Shown: positions 48,894 through 62,628, counted from the first letter of the whole stretch. The stretch is DNA of 63,910 bases, filler included, from Octopus bimaculoides (GCF_001194135.2; 5 parts of 4 records of this genome joined end to end with filler, not necessarily neighbours in it), one strand, 5' to 3'. The notes: a model not told the origin generated them from the sequence alone. A program made the numbers and translations.

Positions 48894-50078
48894 GCGAGGA
48901 AGAGACGGTCTTGCTCTACTATAAATTTATTTTTATATTACTTGTAAATGGAAGGTGTGGAATCAACCCAAGAATTTGTTTTGGCTTTTGCTTGTGGAAC
49001 AAACATATTCTTCTTTGATGATGATTATAATCCAAAAAATACTTTAGAGCTAGACTAAATATGTATTGTATAAAATTAACATTTCTGTGGTAGGAAATTC
49101 ATTGCATACTATTAATTTTATCCTTTATATTTCCTTAGCCTATACCATACTGGCTGTATCGACTTCATGGCCTGAATATTAGTTATACATGTGAGATCTG
49201 TGGTAACTTCACATACAGGGGACCAAAAGCTTTCCAGAGGCATTTTGCAGTAAGTATTTCAATTTACTTCCCGATCATGAAATATCTTTTGCAGCACTTA
49301 TGTTCCTTTATCTCTCTTTGTTTTTTCCTATCTATTTTCTTTTGTTGGTTTCCATATTCTTTTTTTTTTATGTTGAAATATATATATTGGTACATGAAAA
49401 ACTTCGTCTTGAGACGTTCTTATTAACATGGAATTCACACACTTTATTGTAAACTTTAAGACTTTGTTCACACTAAAGGTGTGATGGCCTCATTAATTAC
49501 CCTGCTAGGTCTTAATAACCTTGCTGTAAGTTTATAGTTAGGTCATCAAGATCTAGCTATAATTACTTGTTGAAACTATGTAACCCACGACAGAGCTTAA
49601 TTAATTCACTCCTATGAAGCTGTTTATTTAGTTTAACTCTGTGATTATGTTTATCAACGCTATATGTTCTATCTTGTAATTATAACCTTTAAATTACATT
49701 AAAGCATGACTAAGCGTATATTTTGATATCACTTTCTCTATCTGAAGCACTTTGTTCTGTTTCTTAATTCATACCATATATCAATGAAGAGAAACTGACT
49801 GGAGCTACCCAGCAACACTGCTGCTTTTATCATCACCATCATTGTCATTGTTATCACTGTCATCATCATCATCGTCATCATCATTATTCTTGCTCTCACA
49901 ACTATGTTGAGCCGTCTCTTTGGATCCATATTAACTATTATGTTTAGTTCTTTTTCCCCCAGAACATAAGCCATATCTTTCCTGCATTAGTTGATTTGCT
50001 GTTGTTCAAGAGAAATGTTCAGTCTCATTGTTCTTGGAGAGACAGTGATTACCATTGGTATAGCACCTTCCTTTAAAC

Positions 50079-50512
50079 CAGTGGTTTTCTATCTTTTATA
50101 ACACTTCGTTGTATTGAATGTCTGTGGTTTAATTATCCTTATTTTTTAATGTTTTTATGCAACTCCAGCCATCATGAGCCTTGCCTCTTTTTTAGATATT
50201 TACTTGGACTAGTGCCCCCTGTGTAAATTCTTTTTAGAAAAATTACTAAAGAAGGCGAGGGCTTGAACTCAACTGTTATGTTTCTGCTCACTAACAACAC
50301 GGTATCCTATTTATACTCCAAACCTGACATTGATGTTTTCTTCTAAAAATGTGTTTGATATATCAGTATTGTTCCTGGTTAAAATATTTTATTTCTAAAG
50401 AAAATCACAGCACCTCCAAATAACTTGTGACCATTTGACATTTGCCCTTCTCTTGTGAGCTCACAATATCCCAAACCCAAAGAGGCACTGTCACACAGGT
50501 TAAGAGTCACTG
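50079..50512. mobile_element. hAT-type MITE
   Basis: Termini CAGTGGTTTT ... GAGTCACTG. The 8-bp flanks CTTTAAAC and CTCTAAAC form a target-site duplication (TSD) with one mismatch. Confidence 0.6.
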
Positions 50513-50786
50513 CTCTAAACCAATTGAAAAAAAAAAAAAAAGAAAAAAAAGAAAAGTGAAATGGAAACAAGCAATATTTACATAATCTCAATATATAAAA
50601 TAAAATAACAGACAGTAGAGATTACAACAGACAGGAAATTAATGTTTTCAGTCAACGAATGATCTCATATATTCTCAGAAGATTGGAGGAAGGGCTTTGA
50701 AATTAATGATAATTACATGAATTGTGAGAAGTAGTGGAGCACAGTAAAATTATTGACACTCATTTATTATATAACCAATGACTTAC

Positions 50787-51055
50787 CGACATCTTGAGAC
50801 AGTTAAATTAGAAACCACACACAACGCATACACTCACACAATGTATACACTCACAGATGAATAATCTCTGTGATACCTTGGTGTAGACTTTATTCTCTAG
50901 TTTACGTCTAAGCATTTTATTCTTTTTAATTTTTGGCATAATTGACAAAACATTGACAGCTGAATTTAGCCAAATCTGAAGTATGAGTCTGTTTCTATTT
51001 TTTCTGCTTCCAAAGTTTTTCTGTGATAGATATATGAAGTAGCACTCACTGACTG
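50787..51055 (-). other. Candidate first exon ending in a start codon (ATG TCG | GTAAGT)
   Basis: Minus-strand AAG-ATG-TCG at 50792-50787, followed by a perfect GTAAGT donor (50786-50781). An initiator-like TCAGT lies near 51050. Confidence 0.3.
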
Positions 51056-51199
51056 GCACTGATTTAATCTACTGTTTCTCTTCTCCTGCCCTGTGTCTAT
51101 GTTAGGCATAATAAAAAGTCAGTGGATTGGCAGAAATGTTAGAGCATCAGAATGTAAAGAGTTAGTACTCCTTCTGACCCTTTGTGTTATGATAAATAT

Positions 51200-51425
51200 T
51201 TAATCCTTTGGCATTTAAACCAACCATATCAGGCTCAGATATTTCATGTGTTTTATGTTTAGACTAGCTTGATCCAACTGCCCACTCCTACCTTCCAATA
51301 TCATTCTATGATTAGACAATCTTGTCACTGAAATCTCAAAGCTGTGAGATAATGCATGATTAATTCAAAGCAATGTGAATATATAAATATTATATTTGAC
51401 AGCAGTCAGAATGCTAAAGGGTTAA
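51200..51425 (+). mobile_element. MITE family P
   Basis: TTAATCCTTTGGCATT ... AATGCTAAAGGGTTAA. Confidence 0.8.
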
Positions 51426-51539
51426 ATTAGTCTTTTACGAATGTTTTATAGAATTTGGTTTTATCATTTTACATTTTGAATTCTAAATCAGTTCAGATCA
51501 AATCTGCTGATCATCTCTTCTATATTACTACTGCAAATT

Positions 51540-51750
51540 TAAAGCAGAATTGTTAGCATGCCAGGCAAAATGCTTAGTGACATTTTGTCCAGACTTATGT
51601 TCTAAGTTTGATTTCCTCTGAGGCTGACTTTGCCTTTCATCCTTTTGGGGGGTCGATAAAATAAGTACCAGTTGAATACTGGTGTTGATGTAATCAGCTT
51701 GCATGCTCCTCCAAAATTGCTGGCGTTGTTCCAAAATTTGAAACCAATGT
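51540..51750 (+). mobile_element. SINE family B
   Basis: GCAGAATTGTTAGCATGCC...GACTTTGCCTTTCATCCTTTTGGGGGGTCGATAAAATAAGTACCAG...CCAAAATTTGAAACCAAT. Confidence 0.8.
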
Positions 51751-51904
51751 TATCAATGCAAGTACCAGGCTTGTAGCGGGTTCAGTTCAACCAAGTATAT
51801 CAAATCCACTACATTTTATAGCACTGTACGAATGGAAGGAAATGTTACTATCAGTAACAATAGTAAGAACATTGTATTTTGCCTGAAGCATTGTAATAGT
51901 GAAG

Positions 51905-52095
51905 AATGTAAAAAGAGAAAAAAGAATAGACAACTTCTGGCATAAACGCTAGGGAATTTGAATGGCTTAACGGAACCTACATAACCTGACTTTTGTTAGA
52001 CTGTTCTTTTCTTCTGTAGATGGGCCTTTGAGCCTGAAATATAAAGATTTTATCAAACTTTCTGCATTGTCAGAAGCTATATTCTCTCTTTTTAC
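51905..52095. repeat. Imperfect inverted repeat enclosing a hammerhead-like fold (52010-52047)
   Basis: AATGTAAAAAGAGA...CTTCTGGCA pairs with TGTCAGAAG...TCTCTTTTTACATT. Fold: TCTT-CTGTAGA-T-GGGC/CTTTGA/GCCT-GAAA-TATA-AAGA. Confidence 0.5.
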
Positions 52096-52312
52096 ATTAA
52101 CAAGAGTGTTTTCCTACTTATTATCACCACAATAATAATAATATTCATTTTGTTTGTTCTTTCTTGGTGTGTCTGAAGGATGGGGCAGAGTCCCTGACCA
52201 CTAATTAAATAATATATTGCAACATTGCATGAATCAGGACTGAACTGTATCTAAATATCAGAAAGCCTAGCTGTGATTGAAATAAGAATGCAAACATATT
52301 CTATTGATCAGT

Positions 52313-53099
52313 TTAACCTTTTAGCTTTCAGATTACTCTGGCAATGCAATGTTTATTTACTCACATTGCTTTGAATTAATCATGCATTATCTTGAACGTT
52401 GAGATTTCCATGATATGATTGTTTATTTCTAGGACGACATTGTTGGGTACGTGTGAGAGGCTGAATGTGGCCAGTCTGAGCACAAAACAGGTAGAATATA
52501 TGAGCTGAATGCAGCTGGTTTAACTCTTTAACATTCGGATTACTCTGTCAAATGTAATGCTTATTTGTTCACATTCATCATGATCATCATCATTTAACGT
52601 CCATTGTCCATGCTGGCATGGGCTGGACGGTTTGACTGGGTTGACACACTGGAAGGCTGCACCAGACTCCAGTTTCATTTGGCATGGTTTTCTACAGCTG
52701 GATGCCTTTCCTAATGCCAACCAATCTGAGAGTATAATGGGTGCTTTTATATGCCACTGGCACAGGTGCCATTTGCATGCCACCAGCATGTGTTTATGTG
52801 CCACTTGCACAAATGCCAATTTGCGTGACACCAGTATCTGTCACGACTGCAATTTTGCTTGGCTTGATGGGTTTTCTTAAGCACGACATAATGCCAAAGG
52901 TCTTGGTCATTACTCCTGTGGGGCCCAACGCCAGAATAAATCATGAATTATCTTGTGGCTTCATGATTTCAGCAATGTTGTAGTTTATTTTTATAATGAC
53001 ATTGTAGAGTAGGTGTGAGGGGCCAGATTTGGTCAGTTTGAACATGAAGCAAATAAAATATTTTGGCCAGATATGGCTGGTTTAAATGCTAAAAGTTAA
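52313..53099 (-). mobile_element. Two tandem family P MITEs sharing a TTAA; the second is split by an RTE insertion
   Basis: Copy 1 spans 52313-52523. Copy 2 spans 52520-52575 plus 52938-53099 and ends AATGCTAAAAGTTAA. Confidence 0.7.
52576..52937 (-). mobile_element. 5'-truncated RTE LINE (last ORF2 codons, 3' UTR and (GAT)n tail)
   Basis: Minus-strand DQDLWHYVVLKKTHQAK, followed by the 3' UTR shared with 1272, 9212 and 13858. Confidence 0.8.
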
Positions 53100-53632
53100 A
53101 ATACAAAAGGGTTAAAGTCACTACCTTATGCTTGGTTGTCTTTAGGTGAATCCATTCTGTTGGTAGTATTTGGACCAGGGCTCCAGTTTGAGGATAGCTT
53201 GATGCCGTAATCCACAGCTTCCTTCTGCAATAACCTAAATTGTGTTTCCTAACTACCCCCTCTCTCTCTTCAAGCAATCTTGGAGACACTACAAAGGTTG
53301 CTGTTGTAGCCTTTCTCCATCTAAGTAGACCATAAAAACGAAACTAAGAAAGGTCAAATTTTCATGGAATGAAACTACTTTTTTTTATTTACTGAAAGAA
53401 TTGTTGCAAATGAAGACGGTTCTCTCTCTCTCTCTCTCTCCCTCCCTCTCTCTCTATCTCTCCATCCCCTCCCCCTCTCTTTCACATATGCATGTAAGCA
53501 TGGATACATACATGCAATGCCTAAGCTATTCTGGGGTAAAGAAAAATAATCATATTTGAAGCAATAGGCAGTTTCTGACAAAACATGCTGCATGTGCAGA
53601 AACAGAAATGTGAAATGCAAATACAAAATATA

Positions 53633-53681
<49 letters not shown>

Positions 53682-54268
53682 TGAGAGAGAGAGAGAGAGA
53701 GAGAGAGAATAGCATCTGCTGAAATAGTAGATACTTGTTTGCTTTACATGATTTCTTGTAATATAAATCTGTTAAAAATGATTGTTGAGTGCGTTAGTGT
53801 TTATGTTTGTTTGTGTGTGTTTATTGTTTGGTATTGTAGCTGCTGTTTTTTTTTTTTGTTTTTTTTTTTACAGTTATGTGTATTTTGAGTTAGATATGTT
53901 CTAAGGAAAATTTTTATTTTTTCATAAATTTATAATATATGTAAAGCATGTGTACATGCAAAACGTTTGTGTGTGTATTTATATGTGTGTGTATGTATGT
54001 GTGTATATGTATATTGCAAGAATAATGAGTATACTTGTTTCATGTAAAGCATTGCAATAGAGAACATAGCATAATATTAAATGAACTCAGGTTTTTATGA
54101 TTGACATGAATTCATTTCATGTTTATCTAGCTCTTTGCTAAGATGCTTCACACACAAAAAAAAAAGAAGTATGTTCCTTATATTTCTGAGATATTTCTAT
54201 TATTTCATTTTTGTTTGAACTCTTTCTGTAAAGTTATTTTACATGTTGAGATTGTTACAAAATTCTTC

Positions 54269-54300
<32 letters not shown>

Positions 54301-54964
54301 TTAAGAATTTAAGGAATGGAGAAAACGCATGTTATAATTGCATACTTTATTCCTACATATGTTTCAAAGGATTACAACCTGTGTGATCCATAGGGATCTT
54401 TGATATTAAAGTTGTAACCTTCTCATCAGGGAAAGCATGGGAATCATCTTAAATGTAAGACATTATGACCGATTATGAAAACAATAGATGGATAAGGTTA
54501 TGACTTGATTCATTTGAAAAAAACCGTTAGAGAATTGGACGCTGCCGGATAGTGGGTTGGACAACACAATATACTCAAATACCCAAAATTTCAAGGAGTT
54601 CCTGCCTTNNNNNNNNNNNNNNNNNNNNNNNNNNNNNNNNNNNNNNNNNNNNNNNNNNNNNNNNNNNNNNNNNNNNNNNNNNNNNNNNNNNNNNNNNNNN
54701 NNNNNNNNNNNNNNNNNNNNNNNNNNNNNNNNNNNNNNNNNNNNNNNNNNNNNNNNNNNNNNNNNNNNNNNNNNNNNNNNNNNNNNNNNNNNNNNNNNNN
54801 NNNNNNNNNNNNNNNNNNNNNNNNNNNNNNNNNNNNNNNNNNNNNNNNNNNNNNNNNNNNNNNNNNNNNNNNNNNNNNNNNNNNNNNNNNNNNNNNNNNN
54901 NNNNNNNNNNNNNNNNNNNNNNNNNNNNNNNNNNNNNNNNNNNNNNNNNNNNNNNNNNNNNNAT

Positions 54965-55110
54965 ATACAGGTAGAATTCACAAAAAAACGACAGATGAAG
55001 ACAGGTGGTGTAGAAAACAAATAGATGTATTAGTATAACGCTTGGGAATTGAAAAAGTCTTTAACGTTTCAAGCCTACGCTCTTCCACAGAAAGGAACAC
55101 AGAAAGAAAC
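54965..55110 (-). mobile_element. PLE-type terminal fragment with a hammerhead-like fold (55094-55059)
   Basis: Homologous to 7960-8140. Fold: CTTT-CTGTGGA-A-GAGC/GTAG/GCTT-GAAA-CGTT-AAAG. Confidence 0.6.
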
Positions 55111-55150
55111 AAGGAGAGAAAAAAAATGTGTGTGTGTGTGTGTGTGTAAA

Positions 55151-55370
55151 CAGTAATCCCTCGCCATATTGGGGTTCACCTATCGCGGTTTATTATTTAA
55201 GCTTGCATCGTTTCCTCTGTAGTGTTGTTTTGCATTTATAATAAAATAAATATATACAGATTATAAAGATAATAAAAAAAAAATACAGTACAGTACTGTT
55301 TCTACTTAGTGGACTTTCACCTATTGCAGGGGGCTTTGGAACATAACACCTGATAGTCGAGGGATTACTG
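55151..55370. mobile_element. Tigger/pogo-type MITE
   Basis: 13-bp perfect TIR CAGTAATCCCTCG ... CGAGGGATTACTG, with TA on the right flank. Confidence 0.85.
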
Positions 55371-56267
55371 TATATTCATTTAACATATATGATAACATTT
55401 TATTTCTTGGTGTCGATCATTTAACTAGAATTGTGTGCGCATGCGCACACAAACACACACACCTTTTTACAAGGAAAAAGTTGACAGCGACTTTGAAGTT
55501 TTACTCACCTTCATCAGACTGTGCTATAATTTGTTCCTTTTAGTTTCATTAAGTCTTTGGCAAGTTTTTTCTTTTTTGTGGAGGGAAGTTAAGTGGGCCT
55601 AACTGAAATGAAAATTAGGTGTAGTGTAGGTATGTTGGGGCAGTAGATGTGCAGAAAGGGGAATAGGGGAAGATAGGAGGAAAGTGTGATTTTAAGCTGT
55701 GGGTTGATAGAAAGCAATTGTGAAATTTTGTTTGGGTTCATGTAGAAATAGCGTTATTGTTTAAGGTTCAGCTGAACATAGAAGTGACTGTGTAAATAGG
55801 TGTGTCATATTCAAGAACATCCTTTTGTATAGGAAGTTGTTTTTTTTTGTTTTTTTTTTTAGGTTCACAAAAACTTGTTTGTACATGAATTAGTTGGTTG
55901 CCCAGCTTATGTCAGACTGAAGTTGATTCGTTTTATTTTTTCCATTAAGAAATTTTAAACTGTAATTGGGAAAGGTTAGGGTTGAGAGACTATTTTACTT
56001 TAAATGTTTATTTAGGTTTTTCAGTTGCTTTCTTGTTTGGTTATTTGTACATATAATATTGTAGACAAATGCATACATGCAACTGAGATCTTTGGAACAA
56101 TATATATACATAAGTAATGCAATATGTTTTGAAGGAGAGAAGACACTCCTAGAAATATGCAGATTTATATAAAATATATGTATTCACAAAGGTGTGTAAT
56201 GAACACATATAAAACCAGTTGATTCCTGATAAACTCTTGTTTATCTTTGTTATTGCCTGTATCCTAT

Positions 56268-56430
56268 GCTGGTGTGTTTACATCCTCGTAACTTAGCGGT
56301 TCGGCAAAAGAGACCGATAGAATAAGTACTAGGCTTACAAAGAATAAGTCTTGGTGTCGATTTGCTCGACTAAAGGCGGTGCTCCAGCATGGCCACAGTC
56401 AAATGACTGAAACGAGTAAAAGAGTAGAGA
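56268..56430 (+). mobile_element. SINE family A 3' half
   Basis: GCTGGTGTGTTTACATCC.CGTAACTTAGCGG...CAGTCAAATGACTGAAAC. Confidence 0.85.
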
Positions 56431-57211
56431 GAGTATTTTTGAAGTAATGAACAATTTTCATCAAAACAATCATATAATTTGTCAACTTTGAACTTATCAT
56501 GCAAAGCTGCATGATAAACAATATTTTTTTGTCTTCCCATTCAGGGACCAGTGGAATTTTTTTTTCTGTCTAACCTCTTTATCTCTCTCTCTCTCTCTCA
56601 CTTTCTGTTGTTTCCAATGGTCACCATCACCAACACCACAACTGTAATACACACACCATTCAGACTTCTGATGCCACCACCATCAATACCTTTGACTTTG
56701 CCGCCTTCCCCTCCACCACCATTGCCACTGTCTTTCACATTGCTTACTATCACCGTTGTCCCTGACTGCTTAAGCTACCACAACCATCATCACTGTCGCC
56801 TCCGCCTCCGCCTCTGTCACAACTACAGCTCATGCTGTTACTATCACCCCATTACCATCACAACCGGCAATCTACTACCGTCTCTATGCCTACTATTACT
56901 CTCACCCCAACATGAGCAATAGTAGAAGTAGCAATGAATAGTGAGAGGGGTGGGGGGGGGCGAAGTGTGACACACTGACACACAAATTATTTTTCACATT
57001 ATATTTGATATACATACACACACACACACATCTGTATATGTATATATGCACACTCATACACACTCACACGTATGTTTATATACATTCATACCTATATATA
57101 TATATATATCGNNNNNNNNNNNNNNNNNNNNNNNNNNNNNNNNNNNNNNNNNNNNTTAATTAATTAANNNNNNNNNNNNNNNNNNNNNNNNNNNNNNNNN
57201 NNNNNNNNNNN

Positions 57212-57386
57212 GCCAATTCTTGTTTACACGACTTTAAGAGGACAGCCGGGAAACCATCGGGGCCAGTTGCCGAATTTAAGCTCATTTCATTTATGGCAGC
57301 TATTACATCTTCCTCTTCAATGTCGATGTAGGTAATGGATGCAGTCTTTTTCTGCTGAGTGCTATTGTCAAAGAAATCAGCTGGGT
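57212..57386 (-). mobile_element. CR1-group LINE ORF2 fragment (pre-RT)
   Basis: NPADFFDNSTQQKKTASITYIDIEEEDVIAAINEMSLNSATGPDGFPAVLLKSCKQEL. Confidence 0.75.
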
Positions 57387-57419
57387 TCTTTATCTATACT
57401 TTCTCTCTCCCCTTTTCCC

Positions 57420-57478
57420 CTTTCTCTGTCTGTATACATACGTACATACATACATACATATATACATGCATACATACA

Positions 57479-57511
<33 letters not shown>

Positions 57512-57648
57512 CTGTCGCCCTTCCGCCTTTTCTCTCTTTTTTTATGTATATATATATATATATATATCTGTCTCTCTTCCTCTCTTTCTATCTTTCTCTG
57601 TATACATATATACGTACATATCTATCTATCTATCTATCTATCTATGTG

Positions 57649-57739
<91 letters not shown>

Positions 57740-57740
57740 G
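57420..57740. repeat. Compound microsatellite: (TACA)n, (TA)n, (TCTA)n, (TCTG)n, (TC)n
   Basis: Visible runs. Confidence 0.95.
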
Positions 57741-58081
57741 AGAATACGTACATACACGCATATATGTAAGCAAGTATAGAATATGTGAACCTTAAGTATG
57801 GAACCAACAAGTGCGTGGAAGATGATTAAATGTAATGGAAGCTGTATATGTGTGAAGTTTAGTAAGTAGTCATAACAGTAACTGACTGCGCATGTGCATA
57901 GAGAGAAATGTGCTTCCCTTTGCGTGTGTGCGCGCGTACGTAGTAGTTTAGTGCGTGAGCTGTGAATTAACTGTGTGTTGGTTGCCGACGGCAAAATGTA
58001 TTTGTGGTATGTGAAGAATGACGTATTGTGGAAATAAGCGAACGTGTATCAATGAGCGTATAATATAAATAATATAATATA

Positions 58082-58118
<37 letters not shown>

Positions 58119-58748
58119 CAGCTGTGCCCCAGCATGGCCACAGCTCATGAGCCGAAACCGGTTCAATTCAATTCAGTATATATATATATANNNNNNNNNN
58201 NNNNNNNNNNNNNNNNNNNNNNNNNNNNNNNNNNNNNNNNNNNNNNNNNNNNNNNNNNNNNNNNNNNNNNNNNNNNNNNNNNNNNNNNNNNNNNNNNNNN
58301 NNNNNNNNNNNNNNNNNNNNNNNNNNNNNNNNNNNNNNNNNNNNNNNNNNNNNNNNNNNNNNNNNNNNNNNNNNNNNNNNNNNNNNNNNNNNNNNNNNNN
58401 NNNNNNNNNNNNNNNNNNNNNNNNNNNNNNNNNNNNNNNNNNNNNNNNNNNNNNNNNNNNNNNNNNNNNNNNNNNNNNNNNNNNNNNNNNNNNNNNNNNN
58501 NNNNNNNNNNNNNNNNNNNNNNNNNNNNNNNNNNNNNNNNNNNNNNNNNNNNNNNNNNNNNNNNNNNNNNNNNNNNNNNNNNNNNNNNNNNNNNNNNNNN
58601 NNNNNNNNNNNNNNNNNNNNNNNNNNNNNNNNNNNNNNNNNNNNNNNNNNNNNNNNNNNNNNNNNNNNNNNNNNNNNNNNNNNNNNNNNNNNNNNNNNNN
58701 NNNNNNNNNNNNNNNNNNNNNNNNNNNNNNNNNNNNNNNNNNNNNNNN

Positions 58749-58779
<31 letters not shown>

Positions 58780-59337
58780 ATGTATGTATATATCTATACG
58801 TAGCCTGGTATGCAGCATGCGTACGTGTGCCAGCATATTTAGATATGTCTGTGGGACGTGTCATTTGTATATGTCTTGCGCGATGGAGAATGCTGCGTAG
58901 GTTTATGTGACACAATGTGTACTTATGTTTGCATGTATATTTGCATTTCGATGGCTGTGTACCTATATATGTAAATGCAGCGTGTGTTACAAGGTTTCTG
59001 TTTGCTCAGTGTGTTTACCTTGCATTTCTATTCATTATATGAGCGTTCGGTTTCTGTGTACATATTGTAGGTACATGCATACATACATACATACATACAT
59101 ACATACATACATACATACATACCTATATACATACATAGGAGGAGCACTTCTCAGTCAAAGATTATATATGCTTATGATTTTAATCCGAAAAATATTACCA
59201 GAGTGACTCAAGGACTGAGAAATTTGTGCATGGAATTTATTGTAATCGCAGTGCACGAAACACACCTTCCTTGACCCAACCCCGATATTTTCTACGCATA
59301 ACTATTCTTACACACACATATGTCTAGGCATGGTGTA

Positions 59338-59383
<46 letters not shown>

Positions 59384-59619
59384 CTCTGTGTTCTTGAGCA
59401 CAGATCATAACTTGTATTTAAATGAATGACAACGGAACCGGAAATATCAACTTCATCAACTATCAACTTCATCAATTTCTTCTGTCTTATTACATTTCCC
59501 GACTCTGATCTTTTCCATGATATGCAAAAATTTTCTGAANNNNNNNNNNNNNNNNNNNNNNNNNNNNNNNNNNNNNNNNNNNNNNNNNNNNNNNNNNNNN
59601 NNNNNNNNNNNNNNNNNNN

Positions 59620-59675
<56 letters not shown>

Positions 59676-61074
59676 TAAATTACCCATTCAATTCCCGCCT
59701 AAACTGGAAACAGATATCCGTACGGGCGTTTATTACTGAAATCGAGAAATTAGATAAAGCATATTGTTTACGAACACAGATGTAATAATTGTCCATTAAA
59801 ATCCATAAAAGCTTTCTTCTGTTCCGGTAAACCTTACACCTAAATGTCAAAGTCGTATTAGACCATCATTTATACTATCATCTGTATGTATGTATGTATG
59901 TATGTAACCCACGCAAAAGCCATGTGAAATCCAACTATCCAAAGTTTCCTGGTTGGAGTATTAAATTTATTTCGTGTTAGGTGCCCATGTAGTGACGAGT
60001 AGATATCAGTACTCTTTGTTTCCTTCTGAAGTTGGTGCAGTGGAACATCTATATTCTGACCATAAACGAGAGAGCTGCAGCTGTACTTGGGTGATATTTA
60101 TTCCTACCGAGTAGAAAGAAGAAACACGAAATGAAGTACTTCTGTTCTAGAAATCAAATCCACGACTTCATGAATCTAAGACTATAATTATTACAACCAG
60201 GTCCCATGACTTTCGCTAGGCGTCTGTAGAGACCCACAAAATACATAATTTATTTTGAAATTGGATTTTATTTTTCTAAAGCGTTTAATTCGTGAGATGG
60301 TGAGAAGTCCTCATTGGAAGAACGGAATGTACTGTAGTAAGAGAGAACTGCACTTGGATCTATATGCGTTCAAATATCTTCTGCTGTCTATTGTATCTAT
60401 ATCATTAGAATTATTGAAAGAATAATGTATACTACAATCTTCTTAATTAATCTTAAAACGAGATATCATCGAAGACATAACCTATCTATAAAATTATTCT
60501 ATCACATCACGACTACGTTATTATCGCTTTATCGAATTTCAGTACATTGTACTACATCCTTGTATTCATATCAAAGAAAATTACATTAGAGTGTCTTACG
60601 AATAATACAAATAATATAAAAATTTCTTTTATAATAGATTACGTCTTAGATTTCGCTCCATATTTATCAATCAATATCCTTACAGATAAATGTGCCATCA
60701 ATAATAGATCATGCCATCGATTTACTTCCGTAATTAAACGTTGTTTGCGCCGACCGTTATTGATGATAACCTACATGAGTCGTATCAATAAATTGATCAT
60801 CTCTGTTCTTTAAATTGATAAAATCAACAAACAATTTTGGGTGATTGAAAATTCTCTTGTGATAAAGCTTATAAAATAGGACGTGCAAAACATGATATAA
60901 ATTACTATAGAGGTAAAGAAAAGAAAAATGGCGACTGCGGGACTGCAATACGAGATATAAAGTGATATCTTCCGATTTTATTTAGGGAAGCAGTTTTCAA
61001 ACTCGCATCTTGCTTGCTTCATTGTATAACTAAACGTAGATATTAACTACCATTATATACATGTCTATCTATCT

Positions 61075-61305
61075 TATTACTTTATTGCCCACAAGGGGCT
61101 AAACATAGAGGGACAAACAAGGACAGAGAAAGTGATTAAGTCGATTACATCGACCCCAGTGCGTAACTGGTATTTAATTTATCGACCCCGAAAGGATGAA
61201 ATGCAAAGTCGGCCTCGGCGGAATTTGAACTCAGAACGTAAAGACAGACGAAATACTGCTAAACACTTCGCCCGGGGGCCTAACGTTTCTGCTAGCTCAC
61301 CGCCT
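61075..61305 (-). mobile_element. SINE family B, near full-length
   Basis: Minus-strand GGCGGTGAGCTAGCAGAAACG...CTGAGTTCAAATTCCGCCGAGG...TCATCCTTTCGGGGTCGATAAA...CAATAAAGTAATAAG. Confidence 0.85.
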
Positions 61306-61310
61306 TTGAT

Positions 61311-61315
61311 ACATG

Positions 61316-61364
<49 letters not shown>

Positions 61365-61418
61365 ATGTCTGTCTATCCATCCATCCATCCATCCATCCAT
61401 CCATCCATCCATCCATCC

Positions 61419-61479
<61 letters not shown>

Positions 61480-61480
61480 C
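61311..61480. repeat. (CTAT)n-(CCAT)n-(CTAT)n tetranucleotide microsatellite
   Basis: Visible runs. Confidence 0.95.
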
Positions 61481-62014
61481 CTGTCTGTATCTGTTAGTGA
61501 AGGAATGATATAAGCTATTACGTACAACACATGTTTCAAAATACACACAGAACGCATATTACGTAACTTTAAGGTGCTACATGGAGATGTTCAGTGTTCC
61601 TTCTCTTTTGATAATTTACTAACTGTCGTTTACAAGTTTGTTGTAATGAATTCGTCTAGTGAAACCGGGTAAAGTTTTATGCAATTCAACAAACGAAGGG
61701 GGAATGGAAGAAGGAATTGATCAAACAACCAGCCCCTTGTCTCCTCAACAAACAGCCTCCAGAGCGGTAGGAAGGAGTGTGATTTTAAGAAGGCCATTTC
61801 CTTATGTGTATAAATTAAGTTTACGGTATGGTTTCAGAGAGTTGGTAGGTGATTAATGTTATCCCTGTATGATAATAAAACTGAATAGAAGGCACCGACG
61901 CAATAAGGGTATAGGAAACATGAGATAACATATATAGCGTCCTTTGTAAGATACGTGTACTCCCACATTCAGACAACAGTAGATAAAAATAAATTTAGGC
62001 AAGCTCACTAATGC

Positions 62015-62116
<102 letters not shown>

Positions 62117-62172
62117 CATATAACAACATATGCAAACATCCATCCATATATAAACAGACATATAAATATAAT

Positions 62173-62206
<34 letters not shown>

Positions 62207-62244
62207 GCATATACACACATACATATATAAATATATAAATTGGG

Positions 62245-62628
62245 AGAATATTAAAAAGCTGTGGGCCCAAACTGTTGCAGTAACTGGTCCTGAAGCGCGA
62301 TGGCATTGCTGGATCTTTGGCACTATGCTGTGTCGTCCCGTTCTAGCATTGGTGTAGCTTTCAATGCCAAAATTTGGTACAATTCCTTCCAGGATCTTCC
62401 AGATGTATATTACTGCATACCCCTCCCGCCTTCTCTCCAGGGAGTAGAGTCTTAGCTGTTTCAGCCTTTCCCAGTAGCTGAGCAGTTGCAAAGAGACAAT
62501 CTTCTTTGTGAATCTTCTCTGGATTGCTTCAAGGTCTGCTGTTAATTTCACACTGCTGGGTGACCACAGCTGTGAGCAGTAATCCAGGCGGCTGAGGACG
62601 AATGTCCTCCAGAGGATCATCATGGCTT
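62245..62628 (-). mobile_element. CR1-group LINE ORF2 C-terminus, ending in a microsatellite
   Basis: LWRTFVLSRLDYCSQLWSP...LEAIQRRFTK..LSYWERLKQLRLYSLERRREGYAVIYIWKILEGIVPN, then a frameshift to GPQLFNILP. Confidence 0.92.

Noticed and set aside
49963-50057. Putative exon reading ...MFSLIVLGETVITIG, joinable to GESILLVVFG at about 53150
   Set aside because: Several alternative acceptors fit, the donor is weak (GTATAG), and no family could be recognised.
56551-56922. 123-aa Pro/Thr/His-rich ORF
   Set aside because: It derives from (CAC/CAT/CAA) triplet low-complexity DNA.
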